NCBI GenBank assembly: GCA_034226945.1
Contig: CP120455.1
Location: forward strand, 434,001 to 498,000
DNA length: 64,000 nucleotides
Direction: 5' to 3'
Origin: Picochlorum sp. SENEW3
Lineage: Eukaryota
Shown here: piece after piece, positions 35,332 through 44,678 of the stretch
Layout of the letters: each line of letters opens with the position of its first letter
Position numbering within the stretch: the first letter of the stretch is position 1
Made by a program: the position numbers and the translations under genes
The notes under the pieces: generated by a model
Told to the model about the DNA's origin: nothing
Seen by the model: only the letters and a program-made list of their open reading frames with translations
Database searches by the model: none

Positions 35332-36519
35332 TTTGTGATTCCTCCAGCGAAGATTTGAGATTGCTAGACACAAAAAACCCTATATCCTCACCAAGTACTG
35401 TCTTGAAACTTGAAATGACTGCTTTCACGTCTACCTTGTTCGTGAGAAAAACGATTTTGTAATGACAAAGTGGCAGTGATACATCATTTGGAAGACAAAA
35501 CATGTCTCTGGTATACGAATCAGATCCACCGAGGATGGTGCACCTTTCTGTGATTCCATTTTCAGACAGTATCTTGTGGAATGTCTCGCTGCAGATGCCG
35601 TTGGTGGTGGCCATGGTTTGTTTGTTCGCTTGGCAAAGAAGGAAGGAGAAAAACCCGAAAAGCACTCTATGCTATATCACCGTTCCCTCTGCATATCGAA
35701 AATAGCAACATCATGTGTCTATATAAATCGTTGTGAATCCATCCGATTCGAGATAGAATAAGCCGCGACAACAAAGTGTTTGTTGACTGCTTCAACTAGT
35801 AGTAGTAGATGTTTCCGGCAGCGAGCTCGCTGCACTTGGAACCGTTTCGAGCGGTGATCAGCTTAAAAAAAAATAGATTCCAGCCAAATATATATGTGAT
35901 ACTAATAATGACGAATACGATTGCAAGTACACGAGATTCGGTCTGAAAGTTGACTTCCGTGGCCTTTGGCTACTTTACTGCTCTCGATATCCTCTACTCT
36001 AGGTGAGAAGAATAGATAGTCGGTATTTGGAGAGATAATTATGTATTTAAATTGGAGGGGGTAACAAGATGTACTCATAATTCTGTTGTTTGCTGCAAAT
36101 TCATTGAATAAAGCGCGCTTAAATTCAAATCCGCACTGGGCGGGCGGGAGAGCGTTTGGCCTCGTGATTTTCGTGATTGGGTGCATCGCGGAGCGTCATC
36201 GCGTGGACCAGTCCACTATATAAGAATGAGAAAGTCGCAACAAGAAGTGCCAGCCCTTTTTCTTTGCTGGTACAGCCTATCAAAGGCCACCAGGAAGAAC
36301 CACTTGCCACTTGCCACGTGCACGTGGAGGGTTCTCATTGACATTATTATACTTTACCACGGAAGTAATACCATAGAAGGCATGTCTGTATCGACTTGTG
36401 AATGTAACATACAAAGCTGGAAGCAATAAGTGGTGTACTTCCTTCTGGAAGGAAGTACATCACTTGTTGCTGGAAGCTGCAACGATGTACATATTGCAAA
36501 AAGCTTCTCTCTTTCCTTC

Positions 36520-36536
36520 AAAAATATTAGCAAAAA
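36520..36536 (-). terminator. Pol III T-run terminators downstream of the permuted tRNA
   Basis: Two TTTTT runs on the minus strand (36532-36536 and 36520-36524), beginning about 26 nt after the 5' half. Confidence 0.6.
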
Positions 36537-36562
36537 TTTTAATCCCCTTTCCTTAATTAAAT

Positions 36563-36674
36563 CCTGACCCAAGCCCCTTGACCACTCGGGCACACGATCG
36601 AGTTGAACTCGGGACCTCACGAGGTCTTGTCATGATCGTGACAGGATTCGAACCTGCGCTCTTTCGAACTTGGA
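36563..36674 (-). tRNA. Permuted tRNA-Leu(CAG): 3' half 36633-36674 precedes 5' half 36563-36599; 33-nt spacer 36600-36632
   Basis: Halves rebuild a cloverleaf: acceptor GATCGTG/CACGATC+A, D-arm CCCG/AGGG, anticodon stem CTTGG/CCAAG with loop GT-CAG-G|T, long variable arm, T-arm GCAGG-TTCGAAT-CCTGT. Confidence 0.85.
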
Positions 36675-36742
36675 TATTCTAGGAAACAGTACAAAAGCGG
36701 AATTCTTCCATTCTCAATAAGCCTTTTTTTTTTTTTTTTTTT

Positions 36743-37162
36743 AGCCGTGTTTTCTGCACGCCAAGGCCCTGGAACAGCGGATCCGACCGCCCCTTGGTGT
36801 GCTGAAGAAGCAAGAGAGTGAGAAAATCTGGGCCGACACAAAGTTGCTGCTTGCCTCTAATCCTTAGCCAGGACCTTATAAGCGAGGTCTTATACGAAAT
36901 TTCCTCCGTCCACAGTGCATTATATTCACTACAATAAATATATTATTAATTTGTGTTGCATTCTACGTCTTCTGATATAATATTTAGCAAATATTGTGTA
37001 GTATACGCGGAGAACGAAGCCAATGTTTCTAGGCCCAAGTCATACGGTCGTTTCCATCCGTTGATGTGCGCAATCTGAACTTATTGGTCAATAATTTTTA
37101 TTTTGAGCCGTGTTTTCTGCACGCCAGGGCCCTGGAACAGCGGATCAGACCGCCCCTTGGTG
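36743..37162. repeat. 57-bp direct repeat: 36743-36799 and 37106-37162 (2 mismatches)
   Basis: agccgtgttttctgcacgcca(a/g)ggccctggaacagcggatc(c/a)gaccgccccttggtg, both copies preceded by T-rich tracts. Confidence 0.9.
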
Positions 37163-37585
37163 ATGGTCAAAGGCATGCCCTTCAATCGCAAGAATGGCCA
37201 TCACTTTCGTTGTTAAACGTCTTATCAGGCAATCACGAGCACTTTTATATTCTAGTTGATGTAAATATCGACCATGACGACGTGGGAGCGACTGATCTGG
37301 AAGTTCAACTCGCTCTTGGGTTTGAAAGTTTGTGCGAATGTCTTCGGGACACTGTGCGTGGGCAAAGACGCACTGATATCGATGCAAACCCCATACATTC
37401 TTAATAAATAGAAGCAAATGAGGTCTAATGGCTCGAATGTGTTGCTGATACGAACGAGAAACTCACCCATTGCCTATGAGTTTTCAATGTTTTTCAACGC
37501 CTAATGCCCACACATCCAGGAGGATAAGTCAATGTTATTAGCATCAAGTGATTAAGAAATCTGCTTTAGCCACGCTCCACTGTCG

Positions 37586-38371
37586 ATGATGCTCAATCGA
37601 CAGTACGAGGAGATTGCCAACCATTATGAGCGTGTCTTTGCCCAGATACCACCGCAGGGACGTTTCCAGCCCAGCTGTAATGCTCCGAGGGCCAAGATAA
37701 AAGAGTGCACTGAAACCATAGAAACGCTTCAGCTTCTTCATCACGTATCAACATGCGCCTCGGATCCTTGTCGAGGAAAGTATTGCCCACTAGGCTTGCA
37801 AGAGTGTGACAGGCTCAATGCCTTGGGGCATCACATCCGAGGTTGCCAGGATCCTCAATGCACATTTCCAGAGTGCCAAAAATGGAACGTGGCTATGAAA
37901 ACGCATTGGAAAGATGTGGAAAGCGAGAAATGCAGAGACAGCGGGTGTCTCATGTGCGCACTCAATCGGCCGACAACTTTGGATACTGGTGAGAGAAACA
38001 GGATTGGTGGAAACTCTTTCCATACCTGCCGCGGGGGGATCCGATCTCAACTGCTCAGAATTTACAATGAGAAAAGGAAAATCAATCAAGAACAGGCAGG
38101 AGGAAGCCGGAGGATCAAAGAGCATACGTCCAAGTGCCGCTCTTGTTTGATGCATGCAATCCAACTCATGCCAGCAGAGAATGCACACAAGACCTTTTTG
38201 TGGTCCTTGGACGGGTATGCTGGCAAAACGTCGAACAACAATTGTGACATTCTCAAATCTATGATTCAGAACATCATCAATCACCGAGGAGAGATTTTGG
38301 CACTCTGGAACAATGGCCAGGAAGATGATGTGTGGGACACGGTGACATCTCTCATGGTCTTTGGAGGATAA
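37586..38371 (+). CDS. Stand-alone TAZ-type zinc-finger-like protein
   Basis: LLHHVSTC...C...C...HIRGCQDPQCTFPEC...HWKD...CRDSGCLMC fits the TAZ His/Cys pattern. Confidence 0.65.
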   Translation: MMLNRQYEEIANHYERVFAQIPPQGRFQPSCNAPRAKIKECTETIETLQLLHHVSTCASDPCRGKYCPLGLQECDRLNALGHHIRGCQDPQCTFPECQKWNVAMKTHWKDVESEKCRDSGCLMCALNRPTTLDTGERNRIGGNSFHTCRGGIRSQLLRIYNEKRKINQEQAGGSRRIKEHTSKCRSCLMHAIQLMPAENAHKTFLWSLDGYAGKTSNNNCDILKSMIQNIINHRGEILALWNNGQEDDVWDTVTSLMVFGG

Positions 38372-38430
38372 TGTTTGCATCATCAGGAATATATATCTAT
38401 ATATCGTGAAAATTTTCTGTAAAATTCTCA

Positions 38431-39138
38431 TCACAATGTTTGAAGCACAAAAAAGTCCTCCACAAACGACTGATTCTGACCCTTCCTTCCCTGCATTACA
38501 TAATTTGCATTACATAATGCAGCATCAGGCCCAACGACTGAGCGACCACCACCATACGGCCGTTCTTCCATTGCTCTATCCTGTGCCACCTTGAGCAACT
38601 CTGATGATGATGACTCTTCTTCATCGTGAACGACAACAATACAAGGTGCCGCTGACCGCCGACCAAACACATCAAATGTGACCACCATCGATGATGTCTC
38701 CTGCTCTGCTTCCAACATTCGCATCCTGGATGCCATGTCCTGCCTCTCTTCATCAGACAACCACGCATTGGCCTGAAGAATGTCATAATAATCATTCTGA
38801 TCATCAATCACTTTGGTCCGCGACGCTGAATCTCTATCATACTCTACCAAACGATCCTTCAATTCATACGCCTCATCTTGCCTGTCGCTCACTGGCATGG
38901 GCATGTCTGAAAAGAGCTCTTGTGCTATTCGTGGGACTAGACTGTTACAAAAGGTACACACACCCCCATTCTCCACCACCCTTCTGTCCACTCGGCAGTC
39001 ATATATTTTGCCACATGATAAACAATTACATACAATATCCAGAGGGGCCTGATCCTTTTCCTTGTGTGAACGAATGGTTGTCGTTTTAATGTTCACTCCA
39101 AAATCGATAATAATATCCTCTTTTTTTTCCTTCATCAT
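38431..39138 (-). CDS. ASC-1/TRIP4-like (zf-C2HC5-related) protein
   Basis: NCLSCGKIYDC...CTFC; KDRLVEYDRDSASRTKVIDDQNDYY...WLSDEER. Confidence 0.75.
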   Translation of the reverse strand: MMKEKKEDIIIDFGVNIKTTTIRSHKEKDQAPLDIVCNCLSCGKIYDCRVDRRVVENGGVCTFCNSLVPRIAQELFSDMPMPVSDRQDEAYELKDRLVEYDRDSASRTKVIDDQNDYYDILQANAWLSDEERQDMASRMRMLEAEQETSSMVVTFDVFGRRSAAPCIVVVHDEEESSSSELLKVAQDRAMEERPYGGGRSVVGPDAALCNANYVMQGRKGQNQSFVEDFFVLQTL

Positions 39139-39160
39139 TGAGTAATAATTACACTTGTTG

Positions 39161-40090
39161 TTATAAAAAATATTCCGAAAACAATGTTGCTGGTCGCCCT
39201 TGTTGTTGTTGAATCAAATACTGGTGATGAGTTGCCGCATGGAAGACGCTGTAGCGTCGCTCCAGGTGCTCATCGAGAGTCAAGATGGCAGCTACATTCC
39301 CACAACGATAGCAATAATTCGGTGCAGACCACACCGTGACCAGCCTATCATTAAACATGGATTTATATCCTTCCATCACGAGCTGATGTGCGCGCGCAAT
39401 CAGATCAATTCCATTGTAGTTGCAAAAGGCATTTGTCATTTCTTCGCCAAACAAGTAGCCAGCCCCGCGCGGACTCAGTCCCCACTTTTCAATCCCTTCC
39501 TCGGGGTCAGACCATAGTAAATCACACATGGGGCCTTCATGAGGAACTTCCTGCTTTCTATCAATCCATCGTATTCGATCTATCGACTGCACGCTCGGAG
39601 ACAAGCCGCCGTGGACACAAAATACCTTGCCATCGACAAGGGCAGCCAGCGCCAGGTAATCAAACACTTCTGTGCAATATCGCCACACGCTCGCAGAACT
39701 ATACTTTTTCACGCATTCGTCATAAAATCCATACACTTGTGTAATCTGTCTACTCTCGTGGTTTCCTCGAATCAACGTGACGCGATCGGGATACCGGACT
39801 TTGAGGGTCAATAAGAGCAGAAAGGTTTCCACGCTGTACAGCCCTCTGTCCACAAAGTCGCCTAAAAATAAGTAATTTGTGCCCGGGCAGTCCCCTCCTA
39901 CCTTGAATAATTCGCATAAATCATAAAATTGGCCATGAATGTCTCCGCATATAGTCACAGGGCTATCAACGTGCTGTACATTTGATTCTTCAACCAAAAT
40001 CTCAATGGCCCGATCACACAAGAGTTTGACTTCGAATTCCTTCAAGCATTCGCATCGTTTCAGCCGCTCTATCCAATTATCTAGATCCAT
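39161..40090 (-). CDS. PPX: Protein phosphatase 4 catalytic subunit
   Basis: [44 protein letters not shown]-terminal YFL. Confidence 0.9.
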   Translation of the reverse strand: MDLDNWIERLKRCECLKEFEVKLLCDRAIEILVEESNVQHVDSPVTICGDIHGQFYDLCELFKVGGDCPGTNYLFLGDFVDRGLYSVETFLLLLTLKVRYPDRVTLIRGNHESRQITQVYGFYDECVKKYSSASVWRYCTEVFDYLALAALVDGKVFCVHGGLSPSVQSIDRIRWIDRKQEVPHEGPMCDLLWSDPEEGIEKWGLSPRGAGYLFGEEMTNAFCNYNGIDLIARAHQLVMEGYKSMFNDRLVTVWSAPNYCYRCGNVAAILTLDEHLERRYSVFHAATHHQYLIQQQQGRPATLFSEYFL

Positions 40091-40246
40091 TATTATGAAT
40101 TTCTACCACGCAGCGTGTATGGAATGGTGGGCATTTTTAATGAATCGCACATTTTCTTCTTTTTTTAAGGACGACACGACCCGCGATGAACTTCGTGTTC
40201 TTCTTCTTCTTCTTTGTCGAAACCAAAAAAAAAACAAGTAATCATC

Positions 40247-41059
40247 ATGGTAAATCTCAAGATATTGGTGTCGAATGCTAGCGTTGGGTGCATCATTGGA
40301 AAGGGTGGACGGACCATTTCAGAGATACAGGCGGATACTGGGGCAAAAGTGGTCGTATCCCGGTCGAATGAATTTTATCCTGATGCGATTGGTAATAAAG
40401 ATAGGGTTGTGTTGATCAGTGGGGATGTGGCTGAGATTGTAAAGGGATTGACAGCTGTGTTGGACAAGTTGCAGCAGGAGGAGGGTTCTGCTGCGGTTGT
40501 GGTTCGTTTGCTGGTGCACATGCGTCTGTGTGGTGCGCTGATTGGTAAGAATGGGTCGACGATTAAATCATTATCGGAACAGGGTGGTGAGTCGGTGAGT
40601 GTCAAGGTGGGATCTCCTCCTGTGGGTGTTCCTGGGCTGCATGAACGGGTGGTATGGGTTGAGAGTTCTGATCCGGATCCTGTCGCACAGACGGTGGGTG
40701 CCATACTGAACACGTTATTGGAGACGCCACAAAGTGCCTCATTGATGGATGATGTGGTGAATTATGGGTCTGCCAATCACCATCATCATCATCATCATGC
40801 ACCTGCCGACAATGGTGGAGAGATGCACGAGGTGCATCTCAATGTTCCAGAGAGTCGTGCGGGGGCAGTTATCGGTAGAAATGGCCATGTTATGACTGGT
40901 ATTCAAGATTTGTTGGGAGTGACAATGTCGATGAGCAAAAAGGGAGAGTTTGTTGATGGGACAGAGGATCAGAGGAAATGTACCATCAAGGGGCATGCTG
41001 AAAAAGCTGTAGAGCTCGCTGAGCGCATCGTTCAACTCAAAATTGAAGGCGTGATATAA
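40247..41059 (+). CDS. Three-KH-domain RNA-binding protein (NOVA/BTR1-like)
   Basis: GCIIGKGG, GALIGKNG, GAVIGRNG GxxG loops. Confidence 0.88.
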   Translation: MVNLKILVSNASVGCIIGKGGRTISEIQADTGAKVVVSRSNEFYPDAIGNKDRVVLISGDVAEIVKGLTAVLDKLQQEEGSAAVVVRLLVHMRLCGALIGKNGSTIKSLSEQGGESVSVKVGSPPVGVPGLHERVVWVESSDPDPVAQTVGAILNTLLETPQSASLMDDVVNYGSANHHHHHHHAPADNGGEMHEVHLNVPESRAGAVIGRNGHVMTGIQDLLGVTMSMSKKGEFVDGTEDQRKCTIKGHAEKAVELAERIVQLKIEGVI

Positions 41060-41078
41060 TATATTATTTCTATTATTA

Positions 41079-42159
41079 TTATTCCCCACCTGAATCCGCA
41101 TACGGATTTTCTCTAAATGCACGTCCATCCTCCAAGGATGCGGTTGCGTGTCTCATGTCTGCATCTGTGGTCACCTGCTCTGCCTGTCCAACTCCAGCAA
41201 CGGCACTCATCGCGCGGGCACGGGCTTGTTCTTGCGTATTCACGCGTCTACGTGACTCGTCATTCTGCTCGTCATCATCGCTATCATCATGTGTGTCTGC
41301 TACCTTGTTGTTATCCTGACCCAACAGTCTCAAATCTTCATATCCATGTGCAAACGTGCACGCATTACCCTTCACGCAATATCCGCTCTGCATGAATCTA
41401 ATACAGAGTCTAGTCTTATAATACATTTGCGACTTTGTTTTCTGATCTGGGTCCTCCTGCACGTGTCGCTGAGGATGAGCATCTTCCTGCACCTGCGCCA
41501 ACAATTCTGGGGACACCCTTCTCAATTCATGCTGCCCGTGTGCATACGTACACTTATCTCCGAATGGGCACGATCCACTCCTCCACTTATTACACATCCT
41601 TGTCTTGTAAAACACATTCCCTTGCGGCTGGACCCCCATCTGTGCCTGTGGCATTCCACCCATCATGGTTGCCTGGGGCATTGGCATGGGAACTGGCATC
41701 ATATTCCCTGGATATGTTACCATTGCAGCGGGCCCATACGGCTGGAACTGTGGCATCATCATTGGTTGCTGCAAGAAAAAGATGAACGTGTTAGAGTCTC
41801 CTCTGACACGTAAGCCCAACCCAACCATGGGCGAATCTACCATTCCCTCCGAGGGACACCATTGCCTTTAGAGTATTATTTAAACACATTATAACCCGTT
41901 TCTACGCAACTCGCACGCGTGCCGAAGAGAATTGGGTTCGATGACCTCAAAAATCCACGTGGTTCACGTGCGTGTCACCCCAAGACAACCGTACCTGCAT
42001 CATTTCTGGATGTCTCATGTGTTGTGGATGCATCGGAGTACCCATATGAGGCATGTATCCCATCTGTGGGTAGGGTGCCCCACCTTGCTGCTGCTGCCCG
42101 GAAGTTCGCCTTTTAGGGGACTCCCTGTGCTGCTGCTGTTGGGTTCCATCCTCTTCCAT
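41079..42159 (-). CDS. Tandem CCCH zinc-finger protein; intron 41769-41994
   Basis: YKTRMCNKW..GSCPFGDKCTYAHG and YKTRLCIRF..GYCVKGNACTFAHG. Confidence 0.9.
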
Positions 42160-42481
42160 AATTACATATATATCTACTAAATCTAAGAAGTAACGAACGC
42201 ACTGCCAATTGTTGAGTTCGTTCTGGCCTCTGGGTGGACGTTGACAAGGCTTTCTTTCAATGAATGTTTCGGTCGGACGAGAGGGTACCATCCGATTGGA
42301 TCTCCATCGCAATGGGATCCGCTAGCGGAACGCGCCTGGAGATGAATTGATTCAATACCAATTTGATTGGGCGTCTCGTAATAATACTCATCCACTCGGA
42401 GCGGAAAAAACCAGGATTTTTTGCATGCTCTTTGGTTTTTTATTTCCTCATAGAGATTAGTAACGAATTGATACAAGGAGC

Positions 42482-43918
42482 ATGGTCATACACAATGCAT
42501 TGGCGTTGGGTGCCGTTGCTGGACTGTTGCTCCTCTCCGTGCTAGTTGTGGCCAGAGGCCAAGCGGAGACGCAGCAGTGCTTTGGTTTTGTAAATGGTGG
42601 TAAATCTATTGCACAGACGACGTTCGAGTACTACGTCTCGGATGAATCATCGCTGGCATTGGCCAACCAGGGTGATGTCATAGAGCTGGGTTGTGCATCA
42701 GTGATATGCCCCATGCCACCCGTGCGGGATTGCTTTTTTGACTCATCCGTCTGCTCATCGTCTGAATGGTGCATGGTTGACACAGAGACAATGTGGGGGC
42801 CTTGGGCCATGGGGAATGGAGGGCAAACGCCTGGTGCCAATGGGCGTGCTGGGCTGCAGTGCTCGCAGGCAAAAGAATATGGCATGGACTATTGGTTTGA
42901 TACCGTGTGTTCTCGGAATACAAGTTGGGGACCTTGGACGAGTATGAGAGGTAGATGTGTTCCATATAGAAACGAGCAAGAATCGTGTCGGGAGGAACTG
43001 AGTATTTCTCCATACGGGCCTCTCTATACTGTCTCTGCAGACAAGGGCAAGCTCATGACCAGACCGTTGCTGTGTCGACCAGATCTGATATGCACTGGCG
43101 ATGCAGAGCCGACGCCTCACACATGTGTCAAGAGGAGACCGCCAAATGTGTGCTTCATAGGGCCTTGGTGGGATAGCACAAGCTGGTGCAAGGTTGGTGC
43201 AGAAGAAAATGTGGGTGGGAATTACGAAACTGGCCTTCCCAAGGATGTTCTCATGGATGCTGCTCAGGGTATTTTGTTGCAAATACCCCAGGAACATATG
43301 GTGGCAACCGAAGCCAATTTTTGGTACTCTGCTGAAGGGAATCGCTCGAGAGATCTCATTCAAGGAATTGTAGAGACACTGTGGCCGGATGTGTACAGAG
43401 ATTCCACGACGTTTCCCCTCCCAATACCGGATCCAAGGCTCACGGGGCCTCCCTATACACAGGCTTGGAATGAAACAGCATCGCAAGCTCAGTCCATCAT
43501 GATACAGACGCCTCGAGTGTGGAGCACTGTGCATTCTCTCATTGCCAATGTGAATGATGTCATGACACAAGACCAAGTCTCGGCATCGCAAGGACTGGCC
43601 ATGTTTTTATCTCAGAGCTTTATATGTCCTGATTGTAGGGGATTTTGGCGGGCAGAGGTGCTAAACACAATCGGAATACCGCCAATGACTACAGAAAAGG
43701 AAGCTCATGAGAAATGGTGGTGGTTGGCTCACAACATGGTGAGTGAACATACAGCTGCTACTCGGGGAGGGTATCCATGGATTTATCCATCTCTAACAGA
43801 TGCTCAGTTCAAAGAATACTTTGGAAACTTGGCCAATAATACAGAACTCTTGAATTGTCAGAATCCATTCTTCCTATCGTACAGCGATGCCAAGGCCATG
43901 TGGCGGATCGTCGTGTAA
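42482..43918 (+). CDS. Secreted Cys-rich protein with C-terminal ERV/ALR sulfhydryl-oxidase-like domain
   Basis: Signal peptide; VWSTVH...FICPDCRGFW...WWWLAHNMVSEH. Confidence 0.7.
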   Translation: MVIHNALALGAVAGLLLLSVLVVARGQAETQQCFGFVNGGKSIAQTTFEYYVSDESSLALANQGDVIELGCASVICPMPPVRDCFFDSSVCSSSEWCMVDTETMWGPWAMGNGGQTPGANGRAGLQCSQAKEYGMDYWFDTVCSRNTSWGPWTSMRGRCVPYRNEQESCREELSISPYGPLYTVSADKGKLMTRPLLCRPDLICTGDAEPTPHTCVKRRPPNVCFIGPWWDSTSWCKVGAEENVGGNYETGLPKDVLMDAAQGILLQIPQEHMVATEANFWYSAEGNRSRDLIQGIVETLWPDVYRDSTTFPLPIPDPRLTGPPYTQAWNETASQAQSIMIQTPRVWSTVHSLIANVNDVMTQDQVSASQGLAMFLSQSFICPDCRGFWRAEVLNTIGIPPMTTEKEAHEKWWWLAHNMVSEHTAATRGGYPWIYPSLTDAQFKEYFGNLANNTELLNCQNPFFLSYSDAKAMWRIVV

Positions 43919-44170
43919 TACATGATATCCCATTGGGCAATGTGTTTGACCGAGAGTAATTCGCATCGAATCGCGATCCAATCTCTTGCCTGTGCAAATC
44001 TCAGTCATCATCCCGAGATTTCGTAGACATGTCCATCGCCACAACAAATTCATATAATTCCATCCAAGGTAGGTTGTGTATCACCAACTCTGATGGTGTC
44101 CCTGCGTGTCGATTGTGTTCTCACGACTTGTAATTCGTTCATTGCAGTGTATTATTCCAAGAGAACAACA

Positions 44171-44587
44171 ATGATTGCCACTGCCCCAGTCGCTAGAATG
44201 ACCTCTATGGTCCCAACCAACACAAGACGTGTCGGAGGAATGAGCAGCTACAAGCCAATGGCTGCCCGCAAGGTCACCACCAAGGCCATCTCTGAGGTGA
44301 ACCTCGTGGTTGGAGGAGCCACCATGGCCTCTCTTGCCTTGGGACGCTTTGTGTTCTTGCCATTCCACAGAAACTCTTTGGCCAAGGCCGGAATGCCAAA
44401 GCAGAATGGAATGACCCACTTGGAGGCTGGTGACCGCCTTGCCGAGGAAGTGACCTTTTTCACAAACACCAATGATCCAGCTGGATTCTCTCTCGTCGAT
44501 GTGATGGCATGGGGAGCTCTTGGTCACGCAGCTGCCTTTTATATTTTGGCCACTGCCTCTTTGAGCAAGAGCCCAATCCCATTCTAA
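44171..44587 (+). CDS. psaG: Photosystem I subunit G
   Basis: LALGRFVFLPFHR...PKQNG..HLEAGD..NDPAGFSLVDVMAWGALGH. Confidence 0.94.
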   Translation: MIATAPVARMTSMVPTNTRRVGGMSSYKPMAARKVTTKAISEVNLVVGGATMASLALGRFVFLPFHRNSLAKAGMPKQNGMTHLEAGDRLAEEVTFFTNTNDPAGFSLVDVMAWGALGHAAAFYILATASLSKSPIPF

Positions 44588-44678
44588 ATTCTTCTTCCGT
44601 ATCAATTCTACAAGTACACCATGTAATTGATATTGGTCTTGTTACATCATCCTATGTATATGTGTCACGATTATTAAT

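Noticed and set aside
36596..36640. Overlapping intron-containing tRNA-Met (CACGA-TCAT...TCGTG-AGGTC)
   Set aside because: No D-arm or acceptor stem, and the T-loop is too short.
36633..36674. Isolated tRNA 3' fragment or pseudogene
   Set aside because: The exactly complementary 5' half lies 33 nt downstream on the same strand, so a permuted gene explains it better.
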